From: a virus
Taxonomy: Duplodnaviria; Heunggongvirae; Uroviricota; Caudoviricetes
Virus record (IMG/VR): IMGVR_UViG_3300042349_000626
Direction: 5' to 3' (one strand)
Length of the DNA: 64,000 nucleotides
A program made the translations under genes and the position numbers. Below, in pieces: positions 38,633 through 47,695 of this stretch. The number at the start of each line of letters is the position of its first letter. Within the stretch, counting starts at the first letter, position 1. Below the pieces are notes generated by a model, which worked only from the letters and a program-made list of their open reading frames with translations, had not been told where the DNA came from and ran no database searches.

Positions 38633-38666
38633 TTGACTTCCTAAATAAAAGGTTGTATTATAAATA
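38633..38666 (+). promoter_or_regulatory. psbA promoter: sigma70 plus T4 late
   Basis: TTGACT, 17 nt, TATTAT; TATAAATA 38659-38666. Confidence 0.7.
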
Positions 38667-38732
38667 AGTCGGTGAGGGAGCTTAACATTCCTTCACATAC
38701 TTTTTAATAAACCTTTACGTTCTTTTAAAACT

Positions 38733-39812
38733 ATGACTGCTACCCTCGCTCAACAGCGTGGAAGCAACACTTGGGAACAATTCTGTGAGTGGGTGACTTC
38801 TACCAACAATCGTCTTTACGTTGGTTGGTTTGGAACTCTAATGATTCCAACACTTCTCGCTGCTACTATTTGTTTCATTGTTGCTTTTATCGCTGCCCCT
38901 CCTGTCGATATCGACGGCATCCGTGAACCAGTTGCTGGTTCTCTAATGTATGGAAACAACATCATCTCCGGTGCTGTTGTTCCTTCTAGCAACGCTATCG
39001 GTCTTCACTTCTATCCCATCTGGGAAGCCAATTCACTCGACGAATGGCTATATAACGGTGGACCATTTCAATTGGTCGTATTCCACTTTCTGATTGGTAT
39101 CTATGCCTATATGGGTCGTGAATGGGAACTATCTTACCGACTGGGTATGCGTCCTTGGATTTGTGTTGCCTACTCAGCACCCGTTGCTGCTGCTAGCGCA
39201 GTGTTTCTGGTCTATCCCTTCGGTCAAGGATCCTTCTCTGACGCTATGCCTCTGGGGATTTCGGGAACTTTCAACTACATGCTTGTTTTCCAGGCAGAAC
39301 ATAACATTCTTATGCACCCTTTCCATATGTTGGGAGTTGCTGGTGTCTTCGGTGGTTCTCTTTTCTCTGCTATGCACGGATCTCTTGTCACCTCTAGTCT
39401 TGTACGTGAGACGACAGAAACTGAATCACAGAACTATGGTTACAAGTTCGGACAAGAAGAAGAAACCTACAACATTGTAGCTGCTCATGGTTATTTTGGT
39501 CGCCTTATCTTCCAATATGCTTCCTTCAATAACTCACGTTCACTACACTTCTTCCTTGCTGCTTGGCCAGTAGTTGGCATCTGGTTCACTGCTCTTGGTG
39601 TTAGCACTATGGCATTCAACCTCAATGGTTTCAACTTTAACCAGTCGATTGTTGATAGTCAGAACCGTGTGATTCCTACTTGGGCAGACATCCTGAATCG
39701 TGGTGGTCTGGGTATGGAAGTGATGCACGAACGTAATGCTCACAACTTCCCACTTGATCTTGCTGCTGCTGATATGACTCCTGTTGCTCTTACAGCACCA
39801 GCTATCGGTTGA
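38733..39812 (+). CDS. psbA: Photosystem II D1 protein, intron-less, Glu130 form
   Basis: Full D1 sequence; [13 protein letters not shown]; HNFPLDLA. Confidence 0.99.
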   Translation: MTATLAQQRGSNTWEQFCEWVTSTNNRLYVGWFGTLMIPTLLAATICFIVAFIAAPPVDIDGIREPVAGSLMYGNNIISGAVVPSSNAIGLHFYPIWEANSLDEWLYNGGPFQLVVFHFLIGIYAYMGREWELSYRLGMRPWICVAYSAPVAAASAVFLVYPFGQGSFSDAMPLGISGTFNYMLVFQAEHNILMHPFHMLGVAGVFGGSLFSAMHGSLVTSSLVRETTETESQNYGYKFGQEEETYNIVAAHGYFGRLIFQYASFNNSRSLHFFLAAWPVVGIWFTALGVSTMAFNLNGFNFNQSIVDSQNRVIPTWADILNRGGLGMEVMHERNAHNFPLDLAAADMTPVALTAPAIG

Positions 39813-39837
39813 TAACAACTGAATAACTGATATAACT

Positions 39838-39864
39838 AAGAGGGTATAACAACCCTCTTTTTTT
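39838..39864 (+). terminator. psbA terminator
   Basis: AAGAGGGT/ACCCTCTT stem followed by a T tract. Confidence 0.8.
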
Positions 39865-39984
39865 ATGTCTCACAATACTGAATACGAAAAGATTCCCAAT
39901 TGGGTAATTTGGGCAGGGATAGGACTTATGGTATTCACTATACTTTGCTTTGTTTTACTGACTGTTGGAATGATTTATGGATGA
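39865..39984 (+). CDS. 39-aa single-TM protein
   Basis: MSHNTEYEKIPNWVIWAGIGLMVFTILCFVLLTVGMIYG. Confidence 0.5.
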   Translation: MSHNTEYEKIPNWVIWAGIGLMVFTILCFVLLTVGMIYG

Positions 39985-40013
39985 TTTGTTATGTCTTCAA
40001 TTCGTAACAAAAT

Positions 40014-40042
40014 CTGACACCTTAGCAAGAACTCCGTATAAT
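40014..40042 (+). promoter_or_regulatory. sigma70-type promoter for talC-gnd
   Basis: CTGACA, 17 nt, TATAAT. Confidence 0.65.
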
Positions 40043-40065
40043 TACTTATGAGTTCTTACTTTTAT

Positions 40066-40722
40066 ATGAAGATCTTTTTAGATACCGCCGATGTTTCGAT
40101 GATTAGTCCAGCATATGAGACTGGACTGTTGGATGGAGTTACCACAAATCCCACTTTGATTCTTAGAAGTGGTAGGCAACTCTTGGAAGTTATTAGTGAA
40201 ATTTCAAAAATATTTCCAGATTTACAAAGCATCTCTGCCGAAGTTGTTGCTGATACAGCAGAAGAAATGCTTTCTGAAGCACGACAATATTATACAATTG
40301 CTCCAACAGTTACAATTAAAGTTCCTTGTACAGTTGAGGGACTTAAAGCATGTAAGTTTCTGACTGATAAAGGAATTCAAGTTAATGTAACCCTTGTGTT
40401 CTCAGTTTCTCAGGCAATTCTTGCATCAAAGGCAGGAGCAACATTCATCTCGCCATTTGTTGGTCGTTGGATGGACAATTCTATTGATGGAATTGAACTC
40501 ATCAAGAACATTCGTAAGGCATTTGATTACTCAGGAACATCTACACAAATTCTTGCGGCATCTCTTCGTGATGTGAGACAGGTAGAACAATCTGCTCTAC
40601 ATGGTGCTGATGTTGTCACAATTCCTCCAGTAGTATTTTGGGCAATGTATAAGAACATTATGACTGATAAGGGTCTCGAACTCTTTCAGAAAGATTGGAA
40701 TTCCGTTTTAGATAATAAGTAA
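40066..40722 (+). CDS. talC: Transaldolase (TalC/FSA family)
   Basis: MKIFLDTAD, GVTTNP, IKVP, SPFVGR, LAASLR. Confidence 0.96.
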   Translation: MKIFLDTADVSMISPAYETGLLDGVTTNPTLILRSGRQLLEVISEISKIFPDLQSISAEVVADTAEEMLSEARQYYTIAPTVTIKVPCTVEGLKACKFLTDKGIQVNVTLVFSVSQAILASKAGATFISPFVGRWMDNSIDGIELIKNIRKAFDYSGTSTQILAASLRDVRQVEQSALHGADVVTIPPVVFWAMYKNIMTDKGLELFQKDWNSVLDNK

Positions 40723-40928
40723 TGAAACCACAACACCAATGTTGGCATTTTATAATGTCATCATTCTCTAGAACTTATGGAGTTAAACGAGTTATGAGTG
40801 AACAAAAGTTTCATGAAATTGCTCTACAATGGTGTGATGATCATGATTATGTTTGTAATATTCACTTGGATAGTTTGACTAAAGTTGATATACATTTTAA
40901 AAAAATTTACGAGGATTGGGAAAAATGA
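40722..40928 (+). CDS. Hypothetical protein
   Basis: 68 aa; overlaps both neighbours. Confidence 0.55.
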   Translation: MKPQHQCWHFIMSSFSRTYGVKRVMSEQKFHEIALQWCDDHDYVCNIHLDSLTKVDIHFKKIYEDWEK

Positions 40929-41959
40929 AAGTTGGTTTGATTGGGCTAGGGAGAATGGGTGAAGGCATGTCTCGTCGTATGATGAAGGCAGGAATAGAAG
41001 TTTGGGGGTATCGTAGAAATTACGAGAAGGCAAGTGAAGCATATGAGAAAGGATATGTGAATGGAGTTGCGACTACTATCGAAAACCTTGTTAAAATAGT
41101 TAAACAAAAAACAAATGGTGGTAATCAACCAGGAATTTTCCAGATGGTTGTGCCTGCAGAAACAGTAGAGGAGACGATTAATGAGTTACTACGATATTGT
41201 GGTGAAGGAGATATTATTATTGATCATGGCAATAGCAATTTTAAGGACAGTCGGAAGAGAGCAGAACGCCTGGCAAAACTTGGTGTCCAATATATTGATT
41301 GTGGCACTAGCGGCGGTGTTTATGGTCTGGATCGTGGATACTGTCTTATGGTTGGTGGCGGAGATACTGCGGTCTCCACTTGTTCAAGCATTTTTAATGC
41401 CCTCTCCCCAGGAATTGACGCTGCCCCCAGGACTCAATTTGACTCAGACATAACTTCTGCCGAATATGGATGGTTGCATTGTGGTGGTCCAGGTGCTGGA
41501 CACTTTGTAAAAATGGTTCATAATGGAATTGAATATGGTATGATGCAAGCATATGCCGAAGGATTTAACATCATTAAGAATGCTAATGTAGGTGCTCAAT
41601 ATGTCAGAGAAGGAGATGCTGAAGTTGCTCCAATGGCAGACCCAGAATCCTATTGCTATGATATTGACGTTGCTGAGGTTGCTGAGTTATGGCGCCGTGG
41701 TAGCGTGGTTGGGTCTTGGTTACTCGATCTTACTGCTGATGTGCTACGTGGGGATGGTCAGCTTAAACAGTTCTCTGGAGGCGTATCCGACAGCGGTGAG
41801 GGTCGTTGGACTGTTTCTGCCGCTGTGGATCTGGGGGTCCCCGCTCCTGTTATTACTACTGCCTTATTTGAAAGATTTAACTCACGTAATCTTGGATCAT
41901 TTGGAGCAAAAATCTTAAATGGAATGCGTTATATGTTTGGGGGTCATCACGTTAGGTGA
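40925..41959 (+). CDS. gnd: 6-phosphogluconate dehydrogenase (short form)
   Basis: GLGRMG, DCGTSGG, GHFVKMVHNGIEY, DSGEGRW. Confidence 0.96.
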   Translation: MKVGLIGLGRMGEGMSRRMMKAGIEVWGYRRNYEKASEAYEKGYVNGVATTIENLVKIVKQKTNGGNQPGIFQMVVPAETVEETINELLRYCGEGDIIIDHGNSNFKDSRKRAERLAKLGVQYIDCGTSGGVYGLDRGYCLMVGGGDTAVSTCSSIFNALSPGIDAAPRTQFDSDITSAEYGWLHCGGPGAGHFVKMVHNGIEYGMMQAYAEGFNIIKNANVGAQYVREGDAEVAPMADPESYCYDIDVAEVAELWRRGSVVGSWLLDLTADVLRGDGQLKQFSGGVSDSGEGRWTVSAAVDLGVPAPVITTALFERFNSRNLGSFGAKILNGMRYMFGGHHVR

Positions 41960-41983
41960 TTAAACCTGTCAGTTCCTGTGCCC

Positions 41984-42012
41984 TTGACAAACCCAAGAAA
42001 ACGGCGTACAAT
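41984..42012 (+). promoter_or_regulatory. Early sigma70 promoter
   Basis: TTGACA, 17 nt, TACAAT. Confidence 0.75.
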
Positions 42013-42034
42013 GACAAGGTAATTTTTGAAACCT

Positions 42035-42703
42035 ATGGCAACCTACAAAATTTGGGTCAGCTCTGGCGAAGATTCTTTTGCTAGAACATATTTTAATGAG
42101 CTTGGGGCAGTCCAATTAACTCAAGAACAAGTCGATAAGTATTTTACTTTTGACGAAGATGGCAAAATTGAATTTGATCAAGATCTTATTGCTGAAGAAA
42201 CTGATCGTGACTGGAATGATCCTGAAAAAGATCTTCCCACATGGGATGACATCACAGATGGGTGTCTTTGCTGGGGTCCTGATGTAGATGATCAAAACAT
42301 TGGTGTCTGCTTGGCAGAAGATGAAGAGAATCAAATCTGGGTCAAGCCTATTTCTGCTTTGACATATTACACAGCAGAGGATATTGAAAACTCTCTTCAT
42401 TATGAAGAAGATCCTGGTAATGCTATTGCTTGTATTCATTATGAATTAGAAGATTCTGATGGCGTGTGGATTGTTTATAATTCATATGAACGTGGTGGTT
42501 ACATTGGCGAGTTTGAATTGCCTGATGGCGAAGAATTTGACCCCGCTAAATTGATTGTCAACCTTACCGAAGTTGCTGAGTCTTGGACTGTTGTGAGCGG
42601 TATGGAATATAATGGCGAAGATATCTATTGTGATGGAGACACCATGGGCAAAGGTATCGATTGGTATGTTTATCATAAAGGAAACCTTTATAACTTTAAA
42701 TAA
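42035..42703 (+). CDS. Highly acidic hypothetical protein
   Basis: D/E-rich ORF; start MATYK assumed (ORF track 42026). Confidence 0.6.
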   Translation: MATYKIWVSSGEDSFARTYFNELGAVQLTQEQVDKYFTFDEDGKIEFDQDLIAEETDRDWNDPEKDLPTWDDITDGCLCWGPDVDDQNIGVCLAEDEENQIWVKPISALTYYTAEDIENSLHYEEDPGNAIACIHYELEDSDGVWIVYNSYERGGYIGEFELPDGEEFDPAKLIVNLTEVAESWTVVSGMEYNGEDIYCDGDTMGKGIDWYVYHKGNLYNFK

Positions 42704-42713
42704 GTTTAAGCAC

Positions 42714-42759
42714 TTGACAAAATTCTCTAAACCGCTTACAATACAGTAGCGGTTTTTTC
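42714..42759 (+). promoter_or_regulatory. sigma70 promoter whose -10 lies in a terminator hairpin loop
   Basis: TTGACA, 17 nt, TACAAT; AAACCGCT/AGCGGTTT stem followed by a T tract. Confidence 0.65.
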
Positions 42760-43416
42760 ATGCTTATGATAGAAACATCGGAAAGATATATATTTCCTAC
42801 ATTTATTTACGAATCTATAGACAAAGAATTTTCTTACCAAAAAGAATTGATTGATTCTTGTTATTCTTTGGCAACTATTTACCCATTGTTAGCAAGACCA
42901 AGATCTAATGTAAATGGGTGGCAAAGTCCAATGTTTAATTATAATAATGATCCATTATTTTTTAAAAGTAATATTTTTAAAAGTATATGGAATCAATTTA
43001 CTCAAACTTCCAAGTATATTGATTTGAAAGATGAGTATTGTTTTTCCTTGAAGGAAATATGGGTAAATATAAATTATCCTGGATCATATAACTTATCTCA
43101 TACCCATCCTTTATCATCTATTTCTGGAGTTTTTTATATTAAAGTTCCTGAAAATTCTGGTGGTATTGTGTTTCAAAATTTATTTGAAACTAATGCTGCT
43201 ATTCCAGCTTTTAGTAAAAATAAAGAATTATCAATTACCGAAAAAATTAAACCAGAAGAAGGAAAAATGGTTCTGTTTAATTCTTATTTACCTCATTACG
43301 TAGAACAAAATCATTCCGATGATGATAGAATAAGCATGTCTTTTAATGTTGGGATTTCAATTAAAGAATCTTTTAACGCAAAACAAAGAAAAATTAAACA
43401 CATTTTTAATCATTAA
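42760..43416 (+). CDS. 2OG-Fe(II) oxygenase (TIGR02466-like)
   Basis: WVNINYPGSYNLSHTHP, ISGVFY, LPHYV, RISMSFN. Confidence 0.85.
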   Translation: MLMIETSERYIFPTFIYESIDKEFSYQKELIDSCYSLATIYPLLARPRSNVNGWQSPMFNYNNDPLFFKSNIFKSIWNQFTQTSKYIDLKDEYCFSLKEIWVNINYPGSYNLSHTHPLSSISGVFYIKVPENSGGIVFQNLFETNAAIPAFSKNKELSITEKIKPEEGKMVLFNSYLPHYVEQNHSDDDRISMSFNVGISIKESFNAKQRKIKHIFNH

Positions 43417-43418
43417 TT

Positions 43419-43670
43419 ATGAACATTCACATTTATAAATCACCTGGCTGTGGATATTGTGTTAAAATTATTGAACTTATGGAAAGAGCTGGAGTTCCTT
43501 ATCATTCAACTGTAGTTGGAACTGATATTACTAGAGAAGAATTTAAAGAACTTTATCCAAAAGCATCAGGATTCCCTTACGTAATTGTTGACGATGAACC
43601 TATTGGAGGATTGATAGAAACAGTTAAACTATTTGTTGAGAAAGGTTTAGTAAGTTCTAGAAAAAAATGA
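43419..43670 (+). CDS. nrdC: Glutaredoxin
   Basis: CGYC, FPYV, IGG. Confidence 0.85.
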   Translation: MNIHIYKSPGCGYCVKIIELMERAGVPYHSTVVGTDITREEFKELYPKASGFPYVIVDDEPIGGLIETVKLFVEKGLVSSRKK

Positions 43671-43831
43671 ATAATGATAACGAAACTCCAATAAATAAAG
43701 GTGTGGAGCTAATGCTCAGGAGGGTAGCGAAAGAACCAAAAAAATATGGTCTTCAAATACTTAAAGAATTCACCCTCCACCGAAAACAATTCTTATTTAA
43801 ATTTGAATTTACCTGGAGGAATTTAACCTAA
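43667..43831 (+). CDS. Small hypothetical protein, 54 aa
   Basis: ATGA overlap; INKGVELMLRR motif. Confidence 0.55.
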   Translation: MNNDNETPINKGVELMLRRVAKEPKKYGLQILKEFTLHRKQFLFKFEFTWRNLT

Positions 43832-43853
43832 CCAAGTCGCTCGGAGAATTTAA

Positions 43854-44090
43854 ATGGAATCACCTACAATACTCTTTTTTATGGCGTGTTTTGTAGTTCT
43901 ATTTTTGATTGTTGGAATTATAGCGGGTTGGTTTATTAACGACATTGTTTATAATTTTTATAACAAAAATAATTCTCCTCAACTTCACCCTGAAATGTAT
44001 GATGACGATGGAATTGTTATTAACGAAGAGCTACTCTCAGTAAGATTTATTGACGAAGAGGAGGAAGAAGAAGAGGATGATTATTATTGA
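43854..44090 (+). CDS. Single-TM protein with an acidic tail
   Basis: Hydrophobic N-terminus, HPEMYD, poly-E. Confidence 0.65.
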   Translation: MESPTILFFMACFVVLFLIVGIIAGWFINDIVYNFYNKNNSPQLHPEMYDDDGIVINEELLSVRFIDEEEEEEEDDYY

Positions 44091-44940
44091 CATGAATCAA
44101 GTTATGATTAGTAACTTGATGGCACAACTTAAAAAGGATGAATTGAATGAAAATTTGGTTCGTCATATGGTTCTCAGAAGTTTAGTTTCCTACGAGAAAC
44201 AATATAAAAACGAATACGGAGAAGTAGTATTAGCTTACGATAGTAAGCATTATTGGAGAAAAGATTTTTTCCCATACTACAAATACAATAGAAAAAAAGA
44301 TCGTAAAAGTTCTGGTCTCGATTGGCATTCTATTTTCGATGTTTTGAATAAAATTCGAGACGAGATTAAAGAATATTTTCCATACAAAGTTATGGAAATA
44401 TATGGGACAGAAGCAGACGATATCATCTCCGTATTGTGCAGACACAAGAAAGCGAAAGAAAAGATTTTAATTCTTTCTGGGGATAAAGATTTTATTCAAC
44501 TACATAAGTATCCTGGAGTGTTTCAATACAATCCAGTGATGAAAAGTTACATCACATCAGATAATCCGTATACTTTTATCAAGGAACATATTATTAAAGG
44601 TGATAAATCAGATGGCATTCCTAATTTTCTTTCCGAAGATGATACGTTTGTCAATGAAAAAAGACAAAAACCAATTAGCCAGAAAAAGTTAAACGTTTGG
44701 GTTGATCAAGACCCATCAATGTTCTGTAAAACCAAATCTGAAATTGATAATTACTATAGAAATAGAACTCTTATTGATTTAGATTATGTTCCCGAAGAAC
44801 TAGAGCAAAAAATTCTTGATCAATTTAATAACCTAAATACAATTGTAAAACAAGTTCCTTTAGAATACTTTCGGGAACATCAATTAAATGATTTGATGGA
44901 AGTATTCTATTTCCGTAGTTCATCGCCATTTAAAAAATGA
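44077..44940 (+). CDS. rnh: RNase H / 5'-3' exonuclease
   Basis: MIIIDMNQ, YKYNRK, EADD, SGDKDFIQL, GDKSDGIPN. Confidence 0.94.
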   Translation: MIIIDMNQVMISNLMAQLKKDELNENLVRHMVLRSLVSYEKQYKNEYGEVVLAYDSKHYWRKDFFPYYKYNRKKDRKSSGLDWHSIFDVLNKIRDEIKEYFPYKVMEIYGTEADDIISVLCRHKKAKEKILILSGDKDFIQLHKYPGVFQYNPVMKSYITSDNPYTFIKEHIIKGDKSDGIPNFLSEDDTFVNEKRQKPISQKKLNVWVDQDPSMFCKTKSEIDNYYRNRTLIDLDYVPEELEQKILDQFNNLNTIVKQVPLEYFREHQLNDLMEVFYFRSSSPFKK

Positions 44941-45371
44941 AACTATTAATTTCAGAAGTGCTCCAAAAAGTGAGCAATGCCAAAACCAAAGCAGAAAAAA
45001 TCAAACTACTAGATGAGCATAATACACCTGCTCTTCGTTCTATATTCATCATCAACTTTGATGAGAGTGTAGTATCTATGCTTCCTGAGGGTGATGTTCC
45101 ATACACCCCTAACGATGCTCCAAAAGGCACTGAGCATACTGTTCTGGAACAAGAGTATCGTAAGTTGTATCTGTTTTTTAAAGGTGGTAATTCTTCTATT
45201 AACCAAACCACTAGAGAAAATCTTTTCATTCAACTTCTTGAAGGTCTTCATGAAGAAGAAGCAAATCTTCTTGTCTTGGTGAAGGATAAATCTCTTGGTA
45301 AAAAATATAAAATTACCCGAGCATGTGTAGAAGAAGCGTTCCCCCAAATCAAATGGGGAGGTCGTAGTTAA
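44937..45371 (+). CDS. Conserved T4-like hypothetical protein
   Basis: LPEGDVPY, RENLFIQLLEGLH. Confidence 0.75.
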   Translation: MKLLISEVLQKVSNAKTKAEKIKLLDEHNTPALRSIFIINFDESVVSMLPEGDVPYTPNDAPKGTEHTVLEQEYRKLYLFFKGGNSSINQTTRENLFIQLLEGLHEEEANLLVLVKDKSLGKKYKITRACVEEAFPQIKWGGRS

Positions 45372-45625
45372 TGAAGATTCTCCATCAAAATTGTGATCCT
45401 GAACTAGCAAACGATAGAAGTTTGCCTTATACAGCATACATTGTGACATATGAAATCGATGGAGCAATTACTTACGACATAGTAATACCCCATAATAAGA
45501 TTGAAATATTTGATTTTTATTGGGATAAATATCGTGAAGGTTTAAAAGAATTTAAACAGGCAGAAGGAAGAGTAAACCCAAAATTATGGGGTTATAAACC
45601 TAAAGAAGAAAAAAAGAAACGCTAA
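45371..45625 (+). CDS. Conserved hypothetical protein
   Basis: DRSLPYTAYIV, GRVNPKLWG. Confidence 0.7.
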   Translation: MKILHQNCDPELANDRSLPYTAYIVTYEIDGAITYDIVIPHNKIEIFDFYWDKYREGLKEFKQAEGRVNPKLWGYKPKEEKKKR

Positions 45626-45873
45626 TGGAAAGTAGTACTAAAAATACATTTTGTATTCAATATTGGAAAGTATTGGATCCAAAAGATGTTAAAGTTCTTC
45701 GAAGAATTAATAAGAATGGAACTCCAGTATCCACGAAAAAATATTCCGAAGTATTCTTTTATACTAATTTGAAAGATGCTATTCCTGATGCCAGATTTTT
45801 GATGGAAAATGGTTATGATATTAAAATTAGAAAATGTTGTAAAGGTACTAACGATAATTTTTGGCTGATGTAA
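45625..45873 (+). CDS. Hypothetical protein
   Basis: 82 aa; TAATG overlap. Confidence 0.5.
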   Translation: MESSTKNTFCIQYWKVLDPKDVKVLRRINKNGTPVSTKKYSEVFFYTNLKDAIPDARFLMENGYDIKIRKCCKGTNDNFWLM

Positions 45874-46200
45874 ATGGGAAAACATTACTTATTAAATCTG
45901 TACGGCTGCTCGTTGTCTTTACTTGACAACGAGTTTTTTCTCTGTGATCTATTGGAGAATGCTGCTGAAGCATGTGGTGCTCATGTGCTTCAAACTATGT
46001 CACATCAATTCAAACCTCAAGGGGTGACAGCGATTTGTTTGCTTTCCGAAAGTCACATTAGTATTCATACATGGCCAGAAAAAAGAGAAGCGGCAGTTGA
46101 TGTATTTACTTGTGGTGATTCGGAACCTAAAATTGCTTGTGATATTATTATTGAACAACTTCAAGCATTAGACTACAGGTTAGAATACGTAGTTCGGTAA
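45874..46200 (+). CDS. speD: S-adenosylmethionine decarboxylase
   Basis: GKHYLLNLYGC, LSESHISIHTWPE, DVFTCG. Confidence 0.93.
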   Translation: MGKHYLLNLYGCSLSLLDNEFFLCDLLENAAEACGAHVLQTMSHQFKPQGVTAICLLSESHISIHTWPEKREAAVDVFTCGDSEPKIACDIIIEQLQALDYRLEYVVR

Positions 46201-46210
46201 CAAAAGATAC
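46197..46210 (+). promoter_or_regulatory. NtcA-binding box
   Basis: GTA-ACAAAAGA-TAC matches GTA-N8-TAC exactly, with an A-rich flank. Confidence 0.65.
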
Positions 46211-46232
46211 AAAATTAATGTGATAGATACTA

Positions 46233-46279
46233 TACGTTCATCCCTCATTGGGACGGAAGTAGGGAAACCGAAGGAACGC
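46233..46279 (+). ncRNA. Glutamine riboswitch (glnA RNA motif)
   Basis: P1 CGTTC/GAACG, P2 TCCC/GGGA, CGGAAGTA junction, P3 GG-GAAA-CC, GAA of the E-loop. Confidence 0.88.
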
Positions 46280-46309
46280 TCTTTAGCCTAAAAATTAAGG
46301 AGAAATCCC

Positions 46310-46468
46310 ATGTCACAAGCAACATATCGTGGTTGTCAGTATAACACTGACACACCTAAAGAAGAATATCGAAAGTGGTATTCACAAACTCATGCTCCAG
46401 CACATCCACAGAATACTTATCGTGGTGTTGCCTACCGCCCATGTAAGAATCAGGAGGTAGCACAGTGA
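46310..46468 (+). CDS. DUF4278-like small protein (IF17/GifB-related), 52 aa
   Basis: MSQATYRGCQY...NTYRGVAYRP with a duplicated YRG motif; AAGGAG Shine-Dalgarno; absent from the ORF track. Confidence 0.8.
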   Translation: MSQATYRGCQYNTDTPKEEYRKWYSQTHAPAHPQNTYRGVAYRPCKNQEVAQ

Positions 46469-46548
46469 GTTGGTTGGAAGTTATTCGTAGACGAATTCAA
46501 AAAGAAAAACGTTTGAAACAAGCACAACTTGTAATGGCAATGAAATGA
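46465..46548 (+). CDS. 27-aa basic peptide, GTG start
   Basis: AGGAGGT Shine-Dalgarno, GTGA overlap; VSWLEVIRRRIQKEKRLKQAQLVMAMK. Confidence 0.55.
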   Translation: MSWLEVIRRRIQKEKRLKQAQLVMAMK

Positions 46549-46552
46549 TTTT

Positions 46553-46587
46553 GAGGGGTTGACACCCCTCTTTTTTTGTGTTATGAT
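46553..46587 (+). terminator. Terminator fused to a sigma70 promoter
   Basis: GAGGGG/CCCCTC stem followed by a T tract; TTGACA 46559-46564, 17 nt, TATGAT. Confidence 0.75.
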
Positions 46588-46610
46588 ATGAACAAATCTG
46601 CTGAGATTCT

Positions 46611-46913
46611 ATGGCATCTTTAAAGCGGGCTACTAAAATGCTTACTAAAGCATTAGATAACCCAGTATACACACATGATCAACACGTTGAAATTCTCAAG
46701 CGTCGTCATGAAATTAAGAAACTACGTCAAAACCTACAAAACTATGAGCGAGCAACCCGTGGATTTGGATACAACATCGACCCAACTATCTTTGAACAAT
46801 CAGTCAGTGAAGTTAGTGACAGTGACTCCGAAAGCGGAGGAGACGATGGCGTATGTAGCGAGGGTGAGCAACCCGAACAACCAGGAGAACCCGAAGATTT
46901 CGGGGCTGCTTAA
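46611..46913 (+). CDS. Hypothetical protein overlapping the thyX 5' end
   Basis: First ATG after the promoter; basic helix followed by an acidic tail. Confidence 0.55.
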   Translation: MASLKRATKMLTKALDNPVYTHDQHVEILKRRHEIKKLRQNLQNYERATRGFGYNIDPTIFEQSVSEVSDSDSESGGDDGVCSEGEQPEQPGEPEDFGAA

Positions 46914-47436
46914 GTATTGTATTGAACATGGTCACTGGAGTGTCTTTGAACAGGCACACATGACCCTGGAGATTAATACTACTCGTGGTCTGGCAGCTCA
47001 AATTTTGCGCCACCGTTCGTTCACATATCAGGAATTTTCACAACGATATGCTGACACTAATCTTCTGACAGAAGAGATTCCTTTGCCAGAACTTCGTCGT
47101 CAAGATACCAAGAATCGTCAGAACTCTATTGATGATCTTGATCCTGAACTTGTGATTGCTTTCCAGAGACGAATGAAAATGTTGTTTGCTGAAGCACAAG
47201 AACTATATGATGATATGCTTGGTGCTGGCGTGGCAAAGGAATGTTCACGGTTTGTGCTTCCTTTGGCTGTACCAACAAGAATTTACATGACGGGATCTGT
47301 AAGGTCTTGGGTACACTATATAGAATTACGCTCAGCAAATGGTACTCAAAAAGAGCACATGGAAATTGCTGAGATGTGTAAAGAAATTTTCTCTACACAA
47401 TTCCCAACTGTTGCCCAAGCTTTGGAGTGGAACTGA
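46744..47436 (+). CDS. thyX: Flavin-dependent thymidylate synthase (start uncertain)
   Basis: HGHWSVFEQ, QILRHRSFTYQEFSQRY, RSWVHYI. Confidence 0.95.
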   Translation: MSEQPVDLDTTSTQLSLNNQSVKLVTVTPKAEETMAYVARVSNPNNQENPKISGLLKYCIEHGHWSVFEQAHMTLEINTTRGLAAQILRHRSFTYQEFSQRYADTNLLTEEIPLPELRRQDTKNRQNSIDDLDPELVIAFQRRMKMLFAEAQELYDDMLGAGVAKECSRFVLPLAVPTRIYMTGSVRSWVHYIELRSANGTQKEHMEIAEMCKEIFSTQFPTVAQALEWN

Positions 47437-47678
47437 TGCCTACCTACCCTGTAATTCATAAAGAAACTGGAGAAACCCAGGAACTCTATATGTCAATGAA
47501 AGAGTATGATCAATGGAAAAAAGACAATCCCGATTGGGATAAAGACTGGTCTAAAGGATGTGCTGGTGTCGGAGAAGTTGGAGACTGGAAAGATAAAATG
47601 AACAAAACCCATCCTGGATGGGCTGATATTATGAAGAACAAGGTGGCGAAAGCTCCTGGTTCCCGTGTCAACTGGTAA
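47436..47678 (+). CDS. Conserved small protein (MPTYPV...)
   Basis: TGATG overlap; HPGWADIM...APGS. Confidence 0.7.
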   Translation: MPTYPVIHKETGETQELYMSMKEYDQWKKDNPDWDKDWSKGCAGVGEVGDWKDKMNKTHPGWADIMKNKVAKAPGSRVNW

Positions 47679-47695
47679 TTTTACAATAAACAATT

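Noticed and set aside
38525-38633. 35-codon minus-strand ORF in the psbA promoter region
   Set aside because: No Shine-Dalgarno or recognisable motif, and it overlaps divergent promoters
40004-40017. Possible NtcA box upstream of talC (GTAACAAAATCTGA)
   Set aside because: Only one half-site; TAC is missing at the required spacing
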